Shown here: one piece after another, positions 1-10,871 of the stretch
Numbering within the stretch: position 1 is the stretch's first letter
Layout of the letters: every line of letters starts with the position of its first letter
Assembly (NCBI GenBank): GCA_010093815.1
Contig: ML996595.1
Reading direction: 5' to 3' (one strand)
Length of the DNA: 23,528 bases
Source of the DNA: Pseudovirgaria hyperparasitica
Lineage: Eukaryota
Program-made: the position numbers and the translations under genes
Notes under the pieces: model-generated
The model's database searches: none
The model's input: the letters and a program-made list of their open reading frames with translations, nothing else
Told to the model about the DNA's origin: nothing

Positions 1-198
1 TTCTACTTAGTTTATATTCTAATAACATAAGATCTATACTAGTCTAAGTCTATACTATTATATATAATAAGTATAAGAATAATAATATTATTTTTTAAGT
101 AGATAAAGTTATACTCTATAGATATATATCTTCTCTAGTTAAAGCTATTTTACTTTATAAGAAATTCTTTATAATTATCTCTCTAACTAGACTCTATT

Positions 199-477
199 TG
201 TAAGAATAGAGTTATTAGATAGTAGTATAGTTAGATAGAATAATAGGGTGTATTCTATTACAGAACAAATTACTACCGAACCCTTTTAGTAGGAATCTAA
301 GAGTATATATATAAAGGGACGCCGATCTATCTAGCACGTGACTATTTACCGCCCTTCACGTTACGTCCTAACCCTATTAGCTAAGGTATATATAGGTCGG
401 GTCCTACCTAAGGCTAAGTTCTAATAATTATCCCTTCCCTCTAGGAAGCTACCCTTAGCGACCTAGATTATTACCTA
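199..477 (-). mobile_element. Truncated Ty3/Gypsy copy: 3' LTR (199-426), PPT and about 50 bp of internal sequence
   Basis: 199-426 aligns with the 228-bp LTRs at 3483-3710 and 10639-10866. 427-477 aligns with 3711-3761, after which similarity stops abruptly. Confidence 0.93.
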
Positions 478-489
478 ACAATTAGGAGC

Positions 490-514
490 CGTTCTTTCGA
501 TATACGAAAGAACG
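490..514. repeat. Perfect inverted repeat (10-bp stem, 5-nt loop)
   Basis: CGTTCTTTCG-ATATA-CGAAAGAACG, 12 bp inside the junction. Confidence 0.9.
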
Positions 515-944
515 TTACACGGGCCTAGGCGGTAACCATGCACGACTCTTAGTAGAAAAACTAGGTAGTCGAAAGACACCGTAAGGCAGAGTCGAAAGGC
601 AGCCCTTCCCACGCCTATATCCGAATAATTTTTATATATTAAGAAATCGCATGGTCGAAAGTTATGTCTAGCTAACTTATAATTATTATTTTCACGGAGG
701 GGGTGGCGAAGAATATACATGAAAACTACACATTTTTCGCGATTTTTACTTTGATTTTCCCAACCGTGCACGATCGGTACCTAGGTATACTACACGCCAA
801 CCTACGTATACGTCTAAGGACCTTAGTAATCCTTATAGAATCGCGTACTCTAAGACACCTCTAGGATCGCTAATTCTAATCCATTCTACTACTCACGAAC
901 TTTATAAGCTATAGCACCCCCCTTAGTACCGCTTCCTAATATAG

Positions 945-2650
945 ATGGTATACGTTAAGCATGGGACATTATATTTAAACTTTTCCCTATCGGCGGGAGC
1001 GATAGAGCTTAAGCCGTCTTCTTCCGACCGTTATCGTTTCCTAGCCCGCCACTATTTATCGTACGATTACTAGAGGCAGCGGCTCGTTAGCTGAACGAGT
1101 AATAGATTCTAGCCTATTTACACGTTACTAATACGAATAATAACTCGCCTAATAACGATAAAGAAGACGATTTCGTTCCTAACACATGCCTACCGCCTCC
1201 GATATCTCCCCTACCCTCTTAATAATCTTATATAACTTCTAGCACCACGGTAGCTCTTCGTATAGTACTAGCGTAACTAGAGATAATAGTCTATAATACT
1301 AATTAAGAGCGAGAAGAGGATAACGAAGAAGAGCGTTAGTCTATATATCCCCCTAGAAAGCGGCGCCGTAACGATATATCTAACTAGAACGAATAGTTAA
1401 CTACGAGAACTCCGCTAACGACCACGAGGGTAAGTAATAAAATCCGGGCTAAGTTAAGAGTAAAGCATGAGGCTATGCTTAGGGAGGTTATGGAGCCATT
1501 TACTAACCCCGATAGCCCGTCATCACGGAACGAATATAAAGCATAGCTCCGTGTAAATGTAAGTTATCTTCGTTAGATAGGCATATTATAACACTTCCCT
1601 AAAGATATAAATATGGTTAGATAACTTCTTAATCGCGTATTAGAGATCGGTTCACCGTTAACGCTACTTTACTTTAGATTACTACTATAAGAATAGCGAG
1701 ACGGTAAGACGGTAGACATAGCGCCTCATAGCCTTAATCCCCTATAGATTATTATTAGGGATACGACGTTAACTAGGGAACGCTTAGTATATACATTTAT
1801 AGACTAGGCTAGTATACTCTACTTTAAGATCGTTAAGCTAGTACATACATCGCGTCTTATCGGGATTAGACGTCGCCTAGCACTCGCGGATATATATAAA
1901 GCTATAAACGCTACTAAGAAGGCACTAAAAACAGACCGTACATTTACCCTTAGCACTAGGCAAGGCATCCGGTTAATTATGAAGGCTCGCCTATATGCCC
2001 GTATTAATTAACTTATAGGAGATCATGCGCCAAGTCTAGAACAACCGTAGAACCTAGATATCGATATATGTATATAGTAAGAGGAGGCCTTTAAGCGGAT
2101 AAGACAGTGGAAATAAATAAACGATTAGTTAAGTTATAGCGCGCACTAGGCGTTAATCCGCGAGAGGTTTAGCGACGGGTTATTCGTTCTACTACCACCC
2201 GAAATTACGGACTCTTTCTTCTAGAAGATAAGGGTTAGTATACTAGAGGACTTCCTAGGCCTCGTAGACCGATGTTATCCATGGCTTAGACGACTTTATT
2301 ATAGTATTAAGCCATATTTACATTAGATTTTAAATGGAGACATTACGCTACCTAGGCAGTTCCCGATCGAGAGAATAACCTTAGAAAATATTACGAATAT
2401 AGCGCTAGAGTAGTTTATAAATCTAATTAACCTATAAGACCATAGCCTAGGGCTAAGTACACCATAGGACATGCGCACTATAGATAATAATAAGGTAGAT
2501 TAGAGAATAAAATACACTAATTTAGTAGCGACTATACTAATAGTAGAATACCTTAGCCGAAGATCGGGGCTAGTAGTAGCTATTGATTTCCTACGGCACG
2601 GCCGTCGAAAACCAAAGGACCTAAAAACTCCTTACTCTAGAGCCGTCTAG
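945..2650 (+). pseudogene. RIP-inactivated gene of unknown function (ORF1); boundaries approximate, probably spliced
   Basis: Protein-like frame at about 1140-1430 (acidic/Pro-rich, RKRRR) and about 1628-2650 (includes *ALIRERFSDGLFVLLPPEITDSFF at about 2147-2221), with mostly RIP-type stops. Intron-like gtaagt at about 1430 ... actaac ... tag at about 1515. Confidence 0.55.
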
Positions 2651-2745
2651 AATCGCCGTTTCTACACCCATCTATAGGAATATAATTATATGTATTATAG
2701 TCTACTCCCGACGCCAACCTACTAACACTATATAAATATATATAG

Positions 2746-3482
2746 ATGTCCGTAGATTTACCACTAGTCGTCGACCTTAACACCGGAGTAATTATCTATC
2801 GAGATTATAAGCGCGCCATCCTCCTATCCGCACTAGACCGCCACCTCCTTTAAGAATACCGAGGAATAAGACCGAAGTATCGTAAGATTATTAAAAGCTA
2901 TATTTACTCACTTAGTTATACCGCTACTATAATCGACGACCTTTAAATACCCGCTGCCCTATCACGGCCTATAAGGTATATTCCGGTTAAGAGAGGGTTC
3001 TAATACATTATTAAGAACTACGGATTAGTTCTTGGCCTTTTAAAGAATCTTAAATCATATATTAAAAACGAACATATAGCGTTCTTTAATGGGCGTAGAG
3101 GGGCTCCACCTAGAGCGGACGATAAGACACGTGGATATAGAGATAATGTACCATACTAATGCCTATATAATATAGGCCGGTTGAACCGCCTTATCCCGAT
3201 TGTAATACGTACCACTACATACACTCGTACACCAATTAACACTATACTCGATTAGCTCTAGTTAAATTAGTAGAACGTCCTTAAAGACGAAGGTCGTATA
3301 GTATAAACCGGCGCTATCGACGAAGTTAATCCATGGCTAGAACGTATAAAATTCATTAAGTACTTCCAAGGTATGGATGTCCTTATACTTACTAATATCC
3401 TAGAGGTGCCTACCGAAGGGCCGCTAAAGATAGTATCGTCTAGTCTAAGAGTTCTATTCCACTAAGCCCATGAGACAGTAGG
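2746..3482 (+). pseudogene. 5' part of the Zn-finger/YR-like/RecQ helicase gene (DUF3505-like C2H2 N-terminus)
   Basis: ATG at 2746. II[C]RD[C]KRAI..ALDRHLL.E[H], GF.[C]....[C]G...[H]IKNEH and EVNPWLER (brackets mark de-RIPed residues). The frame rejoins at 10872 once the Gypsy and one TSD copy are removed. Confidence 0.8.
3478..3482 (+). repeat. 5-bp target site duplication GTAGG (partner at 10867-10871)
   Basis: Identical GTAGG immediately outside both LTRs. Confidence 0.95.
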
Positions 3483-3710
3483 TATAAGAATAGGGTTATT
3501 AGATAGTAGTATAGCTAGATGGAACAATGGGGTGTATTCTATTATAGAACGAATTACTACCGAACCCTTTTGGTAGGAATCCGAGAGTATATATATAAAG
3601 GGACGCCGATCTATCTAGCACGTAACTATTTACCGCCCTTCACGTTACCTCCTAACCCTATTAGCTAAGGTACGTGTAGGTCGGGTCCTACCTAAGGCTA
3701 AGTCCTAATA
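3483..3710 (-). repeat. 3' LTR
   Basis: Direct repeat of 10639-10866, adjacent to the PPT. Confidence 0.95.
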
Positions 3711-3726
3711 ATTATCCCTCCCCTCT
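3711..3726 (-). promoter_or_regulatory. Polypurine tract
   Basis: AGAGGGGAGGGATAAT on the - strand, abutting the 3' LTR. Confidence 0.85.
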
Positions 3727-4194
3727 AGAAAGCTACCCTTAGCGACCTAGATCGTTACCTATCCCTATATCTCTATCCTAAGTCTCGTAAGACCTTAGTC
3801 GTTCTCCACGCTTTATCTTAGATACTTACTAATATTCGCCGATCTAAGATTCATATAAGCGTTTTCCTAATAAACTAGATTTTATCCATCTTAACTTCTT
3901 ATATAGGTGAGATTGCCTAATTAGGCCTAGCGTATCACGTGATATGATTAGGTAAGCCCGGGTGCTACCTATATTAAAATCTTTTCTTAGAAATATTCCT
4001 TTCTTTAAAAAACTTCTTAACTCTTTATAGAGTTTTTTAGATTATTAGGTATATTACCCGATCCTTATAGACATAGATTTATATAGATTTACTACTATTT
4101 AGTGCGATTTACGTAATTTACTAATTTTCGTACCGTCCTTAGCTAGAAATAACATAATTCGCAATAATCCGTATAAATTAATAATAATTATAAT

Positions 4195-5176
4195 ATGGTT
4201 TCCCGAAATCTCGACGCTCTAAAGTAATTAGCGCGGAAACAGGCGCCTTCGAATAATCCCTATCTTATATACGTTACCGACATGTCGAAAGCCATTAATC
4301 TACCCCAACCTAGGCCGGGCTCTAATAATCTAGCTATATATTATTATGGTTGTCGCTTTCCGTCGTACATTACTCACGGTAGTACTAAATCTATAATATA
4401 CGGTACTTACATAACCAAGAAGCGTTATTACTTATAGGTATTTAAGTAAGTTCGAAGAACTTTACGTAGATTTACTTATATTAGTATAGATTACTACTAG
4501 GCCTCTAGTAACCCCTACTAATAAGGAGCGTGGTACCACCGATCGCAACGCCTTAGAGAAGGCTTTCTACGAGCTATATACCTAAGGTAAGGGTTACGCC
4601 TAGGAGTACGATTCTAATAAGATCCATAAGGGTTTATCGGAATCTACTATAGCTATTATTACCGCGATTACTAGGTAATATCGTTTTTCTTAAATCGTTA
4701 TAGATTCTTACTAATATATATTAATCTCTATAATAGTACTAAAATCTCTGCCACTTCGGACTTCTTTCTACACACCAGCGATATTAAAATTCCTAGAAAA
4801 GGTTCTAGTAAAAAGGCTAAGGTTCCTTCCTCGCGCGTGCTAAAGAGCCGTAAATTTAGGGAAGATGGCTCTGATCTGGAAGTTTCTATACTAACGGTAT
4901 GTGGTTCTATACCGATCGTTGAATCTTTTCGCTGATTTATATAATTCTTAGCGTGCCCGCGCCGGTCCGTCCCTCTCCGTCCCGGGTTCCGCCGCTCTAT
5001 AGGTTTCTATAGAGGAGTTTATAGCTATAAGGCGCGCTATATAGAATTTATAGCGTCGGAACGAAAGGCTAGAGACTTATATTATAAAGCTCTATACTAT
5101 GCTAAACAAGAACTAGCAGAAGGAATTAGATGTAACCATCGCGGTAATTAGTACTTCTACTCCTACTCCGACTTAA
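4195..5176 (+). pseudogene. Extra antisense, intron-containing gene inside the retrotransposon (possible Cys-rich N-terminus, coiled-coil-like C-terminus)
   Basis: ATG at 4195 (MVSRNLDALK.LARKQAP). Clear 55-nt intron at 4897-4951 (GTATGT...GCTGAT...TAG) that joins frames. Probable intron at about 4675-4724. Unexplained frame change near 4441. Stop at 5174-5176. Confidence 0.6.
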
Positions 5177-5532
5177 TTAGTTTAGATCTATACCGATCGG
5201 TACTAATATATCTCTTTTATCTAGCGTTTTGGTTTTTTCGGTTTCAATTTTAAAGCGATCTTACTTCTTCTAGATAGATTAGTGCGAGTTTATATAGATC
5301 TATATAGATCTTTATATTTTCTTTTAGCTTTCTTAATTTCATCTTTCTTTAATAATAACTTCTTTAATCTCTTTAGTAATCTATACCGATCTATACCGAT
5401 CGGCACCGATTTTCGATGTCTATTTCTCTTAGTGAATCATTTTTCTAAGTCTCTTTTTTAGTTAAATTTTTTAAAGTTCTAAGTTTGAACTTTCTAAGGA
5501 AGTTCCTCAATTCCTTGGAATATTTTAAAGAT

Positions 5533-8500
5533 CTATGTCTCTTTCACCTTCTTCCTTTTAGGCGGCCGTCCTCGGCGCCGAACTATACTAAAAAACGTCG
5601 AATTACCGTACTTTAGTATAATTCTCTGCGATTCCGCGGCTTCCTTTGCTAATCGCTACTTATATACTAATATCGCTACTTTACTAATGTTTATTACAGG
5701 TTCCCAAGTATCTTCGTTAGGATTATACCCTTTCTAACGAATTTTATATAGCCACGTGCTATCTTCGGCACGTTATTAGCCTAGTATCTACTTAACTTCG
5801 TAGATATCCGCACCTCCTTACGTAACTACTTTATGTAACGTCTATTTAGAACGATCCGGTAACGATAAGGCATGGAATGGCTCGAGAAGCGTAATATAGA
5901 ACACATTGTGTATCTTTAACGTGGGAGGGAGTTTTAACTCATACGCCTAGTTATTAATTACACGAGTAACCTTAAATAGACCTATCATCGTGTAGTTAAG
6001 CTTCTTCTTCGGCCTGATACTACGAATATTTTTGCTATTTAGTAAAACTTTATCTCTAATATTAAAGATCATGGGCTTTCTACCCTTATTATAGTGCGAT
6101 TTACTATAATCTATAGCATCTTATAATAACTTTATAACGTTTCTTTACGTTTAGAATAGTTCTATTATAATCTCCGTCGCCTTAACGTTAGGCTACTCTG
6201 ATTTATACTAAGTTCCCATGAACTACGCTTTATGGTTTTAACCGAAGTTTACTTCGAACGGACTTACGTAGGTTAACGTATGTCGGCTATTATTATACGC
6301 GAATTCCGCGACATAGACTAACCTTACCTAGTTATCTTGCTTATAGTTGTAATATGCGCGTAAATACGCCTTAACTATCTAATTCTACCGCTCTATCTAC
6401 CTATCTGTTTATGGGTGGAACGCGGTGCTAAGTTTCCGCTTAATTCCTAGTATATAGTAGAAATCCTTCTAAAACTTAGACGTTATCTACGGACCTCTAT
6501 CCGAAACTATGCCGTTCGGTATACTATAGAGCCGAACTACGTCACGAAGTAGTATATCTATAAGATCCGGTACTTGGATCGTCTTTCTTATAGGGATATA
6601 GTATAACATCTTTATAAATCTATCTAGAACTACGAGTAAACTATTATAAACATGCCTAAGATACTTACTTAGGGGTAGATCTATGATAAAATCCATCGAT
6701 AATTCCTTCCATGCTTCCTTTGGCATAGGTAATGGCCTTAATTCGCTATATAGCAAGTGTCTATGCACTTTCGTATGCTGGCAAACGTTATACGTTTTTA
6801 CGTAGTCTTTTATATATTTATAAAGACCTAGCTAGTCGTACGTCCTTCGGATTAAATCGACCGTCCTTATAACGCCGAAGTGCCCTACTAACGCGTAATC
6901 GTACTATTCCCTTAAAACATCGATTCGTAAGCCGCCTTCCGGCACGTAGAGTCGGCCTTAGAAGTAGATCGCGTCTAATCGTCGTTCCCACCTTAATAAC
7001 CACGGCGGTTCTATAGCTATTCCCTTTATACTTATGACTTTCTTTACTAATATATCGGAATTCTAGGTAGATTTAATTAAGTCTTCGAGGATTTACTCTG
7101 TTTCTTAGACGTTAGTTTAGATTACTTAATGCCCGCTCTAATTCCCGCGGAGAGTCGCCGAAAGTGTCCTAGCTTCTAGCACTCTATTAGATAACTAGTC
7201 TTTTAGTATCCGTAGTATAGCATAGTCTAAATTACACCGACTATCTACGTTATTCTACGACGATTTCTCGTAATCTTCACGCCGTGATAGAGGATCTACT
7301 TTATTCTCTCTTCTAGCTTTATATAAGATTTTAAAGTCAAATATTAATATCCACTTAGCCTAACGTACTTATCGGCGATTAAGGACCTTAGTTAACATAA
7401 AGTAACGTAGATTTGCGTAATCCGATAACAATTCAATCTAATATACGGAGCCTTCTAAATAATATCGCTATTGCTTAAAACTCTCGATAATTATGAGTAG
7501 TTCCTGGTCGTGCGTATTATAACGCGTCTCTACATCCGCCATTTTACGGGAAAAGAAGGCGACCGGGTGCTATTATACCTTGTCTTTCATATCTTTATAC
7601 AGTTAACTAATAATTCCAGCAATTGCGAATCTAGATGCGTCTATTTCGACCCGAATGTGCTTCTCGGGATCGAAATGCCTAAGAATCGGCGTAGTTATAA
7701 AGTAATTCTTTAACGATCGGAACGTATCTCGCGCTTCCGGCGTTAACTATATCTCGACCGACTTAGCTTTGCGCTATGCTCGCCCACCTATGGGGATTTT
7801 ACCGCCATTCTCTATGAGTTTATTAAGCGGCGCCGTAATTCATAAGAAACCTATAATAAATTTACGATAATAGTTCACGAAACCTATAAACGTCCTGATT
7901 TAACGTATAGTAGTAGGTTCTAGCCATTCTATAATGGTCTTGACACGCTCTGGCTCCATTTTAAGGCCGCTGTGTGTTATAATAAAGCCGAGAAACCCAA
8001 CTTCTTATTAGTGAAACTTATATTTAGATAACTTTACGTAGAGTTTATGCTATCTTAAACGATTTAGTACCGATTTCACGTGTTCTTCGTGATCCTACAT
8101 GCTATCGGAGTAAATTAGTATGTTATCGAGGTAAACTACGTAGATCACATTAAGTAATCCTATAAGTATAGTATTAATGTATCCTTAGAACGCTCCTGGC
8201 GCATTTATTAGCCTAAACGGCATAATAGTATACTTAAAATAACCATATCTAGTCCGAAATGCGGTTTTCCACTTATCTCCGCGACGGATTCGAAGCCGGT
8301 AATATATATCTCGCAAATCTAGCTTCGTAAAGTACTTTGCCTTCGTTAATTAGTCTAAAGATTTACTAACTAACGGTAATAGATAACGATTCTTCTTAGT
8401 TACCGTATTTAGTACTCGATAGTCGACGCATAGATATAAACTTCCGTCTTTCTTCTTCACGAAGAGAATAGGTGCGCCGGCTAATGACGTACTATAATGT

Positions 8501-9300
8501 ATCTAGCCTCTTCCGAGATATTCTTCGATATATTTATAAAGAACTTCGAGTTCTAGTCTCGAAAGTAGGTAAAGTAGACTATAAGGGACGTCTACTCCCT
8601 CTTCGAGCTTGATCTTTAGCTTATACGGTCTATGGTCGGGGAGAAGTAACGCGTCTCCTACCGAAAACACATCCGTGTACTGCGAATATACGTCGGGTAG
8701 CGTGTCTTTACCCCGATTATTACTATCCTCTTCGTCTTCGTCGACGATTAATAGGGATATAAGGTAGATTAGCGATAATCGGGTCCGCACGGCGAGGTTC
8801 CATGCCTCCTTACTAATGGTTGCGACTTGCTAGTATAATTTACCGCGATGTCGACGGAACGTTAATGTCTCCTTCTAAAAATTAAGGATTGGATTTAGAC
8901 GTTTAAGCTAAGGCATCCCTAGAATCATATTCTATTAGCTAATATTAGCCACGATGAATTTATTAGATATCTACTATTTTATTATCTTTAAGTCATGAAC
9001 TTCGTAATTCGTTATAGTTTTACCTAAAGTTCTAACTTTATGTCCATTAACTACGATAGTTCGGCTAACTTTACCGAGATCGTACGATAATCTACACTCC
9101 TTGGTAAGAATCGACGAAATATAGTTATCTTCTACACTAGTGTCCACGAGGGCCTATATAGTTTTATTACTATTTACTATGGGTAACGATACTTTTAGTA
9201 ATATTAGGTCTTTACTCGCCGGAAGGCGCTACGGCTTCTCCTAAGTATATATAATTTAGCTAAGAACGCGGTTAGGTCTCGCGTACTAGCCTATTCTTTT
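5533..9300 (-). pseudogene. pol: pol: protease, reverse transcriptase, RNase H, integrase, chromodomain, AT-hook
   Basis: All motifs are in one frame: ALVDT (D at 9144), VVYLDNILIY (Y at 8133; RIPed YLDD), WKELSMDFI...IVSDRG in the integrase, YKIR*KGYNPNEDTWEP at about 5750-5700, and RRRGRPPKRKK before the TAG at 5535-5533. Confidence 0.95.
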
Positions 9301-10604
9301 TTCGGATTCTTATAGTTAGGCGAAATATATCCCTTTTCTCTATACTTATAGTAATAAAGTGCGCTATGATCCTACTATTTTGCGATAGGCGTTATATTTA
9401 AGCCTATGCCTTATCCTTTTCCGCGTTAGGAACCACCGCCTTAATTGTTTCGGTGTCCTCTTAACGCGTTTCTACCCCGATTTACGCTCTTCTAGTGTTA
9501 ATCGCGGTAAGGTTACTCTTGATCGAACGTATTCGATCGACCTCGTTTCTAACCCGTGTGGGGTTCGTTAGTTTTACCTAGAGAGCCGCGTTCCTTAAGG
9601 ATGCGGTAGTGTTCGTTAGCTTTCTCCTCTAATTCGTATAGATAGTTAAAACTTAATAATACTATTCCTAATCTTTCGTGGATTAACGGGAGTAGTGCTT
9701 CGCGAAACTAGAATATACAAATATTTTCCTATAGTGTAGGGATATTATCCTAGAGGTTTTATAGGTATTATAGTAGTTAAGTAGGTGTCTAGTTCGGTCG
9801 TTATACCACGCTTCTTAACTTAGATAGTGCCTTTCTTTCGCGTTCTCCGTTAGTTCCGAGGGTATTTAGTATAAATATAGCTAAATGTTCCTAGGTTGTC
9901 GCCGATAGTGGCTTGACTTCCTTCTATCTATTCTATTGATCGCGGGATTGTAAACCTAAGTAACGTTCTCCGAATGAAATGCGTTATGCTTCGGTAGAAA
10001 AGAGCATAGGGTTATTAAGGAAGTACTTCTCGCAGTCTCTCTTCCAATCTTTCTACTTCTTTTGGTTCTTCCCTATAAATATAGTCGGATCTTTAGGTTT
10101 TAGCACACCTAAGGAAGGAGTAGGGTAAATCGGCAACGAAGCGGCCGGGTATACGGTAGATTATCGCAACTCTAATGGTGGGTGAACTAATTCCGCCTAA
10201 ATTAGTATAGGAAGTCGTCCATCTACTATCGTTCCGCGTAGTCTTTTAAGAGACTCGTTAAGTTCTTATCGTTTTACGAGGAGTTTCGCACGTTCGGTCT
10301 ATTCTTTAAGGATCTATATCTCTCGGGCTTGATTAGCGATATGCTCCTGTAGTTCGGCGATTAATGGTTGCGATTCCTTGTGTAGCTCTACCACGACTCG
10401 TTGTCTAGCTTCCTATCGTAGGAAGTCGCTTAGTGTATCTACTATTTCCTTATTAGAAAGTTCCGTGATTCGGTCGGACATCTCCACTTCTCTATTAAGA
10501 ACGGCCGGATTTAATACCGATTATAGAGAATCCCTATTATTTAATGTAGTGTTACTTGTCCCTATAGTGGATCGTGTCGACCTTCTTAGTTCTAGTTAGA
10601 CCAT
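9291..10604 (-). pseudogene. gag: gag with CCHC zinc knuckle
   Basis: ATG at 10604 (MV.LELRRSTRST) is in frame with the TAG at 9293-9291. RIPed [C]YK[C]REKG[H]ISPN[C] at 9353-9312. pol is in the -1 frame, with an A6 run at 9302-9297. Confidence 0.85.
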
Positions 10605-10627
10605 CTTAACTATAGTACTATATAGGG

Positions 10628-10636
10628 AGTAATTCG
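10628..10636 (-). promoter_or_regulatory. Self-priming-type primer binding site
   Basis: Starts 2 nt inside the 5' LTR boundary and is the exact reverse complement of LTR positions 10706-10714. Confidence 0.7.
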
Positions 10637-10638
10637 AA

Positions 10639-10866
10639 TGTAAGAATAGGGTTATTAGATAGTAGTGTAGCCAGATAGAATAATAGGGTGTATTCTATCA
10701 TAGAACGAATTACTACCGAACCCTTTCGGTAGGAATCCGAGAGTATATACACAAAGGGACGCCGATCTATCTAGCACGTGACTGTTTACCGCCCTTCACG
10801 TCATCTCCTAACCCTGTTAGCTAAGGTACGTGCAGGTCGGGTTCTACCTAAGGCTAAGTCCTAACA
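10639..10866 (-). repeat. 5' LTR (least RIPed copy)
   Basis: TGTAAG...CTAACA ends, 228 bp, TATATA at 10744-10749. Confidence 0.95.
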
Positions 10867-10871
10867 GTAGG

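Larger units (their letters stand above)
3483..10866 (-). mobile_element. Full-length Ty3/Gypsy chromovirus LTR retrotransposon (7384 bp), RIP-inactivated
   Basis: Two 228-bp LTRs (TG...CA in the least mutated copy), a TSD, a PPT, and gag-PR-RT-RH-IN-chromodomain order on the - strand. Confidence 0.97.

Noticed and set aside
199..426. Solo LTR interpretation
   Set aside because: The flanks (CTATT / ATTAT) are not a TSD, and internal PPT-side sequence continues to 477.
475..771. 98-aa minus-strand ORF, and the small ORFs at 6818, 7510, 10378, 11598, 15443 and 20642
   Set aside because: No motifs; apart from 475-771, they are off-frame or antisense to better-supported pseudogenes.
766..815. 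Cluster of short palindromes (TACCTAGGTA, ACGTATACGT)
   Set aside because: RIP generates TA/CTAG-centred palindromes by chance, and these are too short to support a claim.
5180..5420. Short ctataccgatc repeats in the Gypsy 3' region
   Set aside because: They are real but few and short, and typical of retroelement untranslated regions; no function can be supported.
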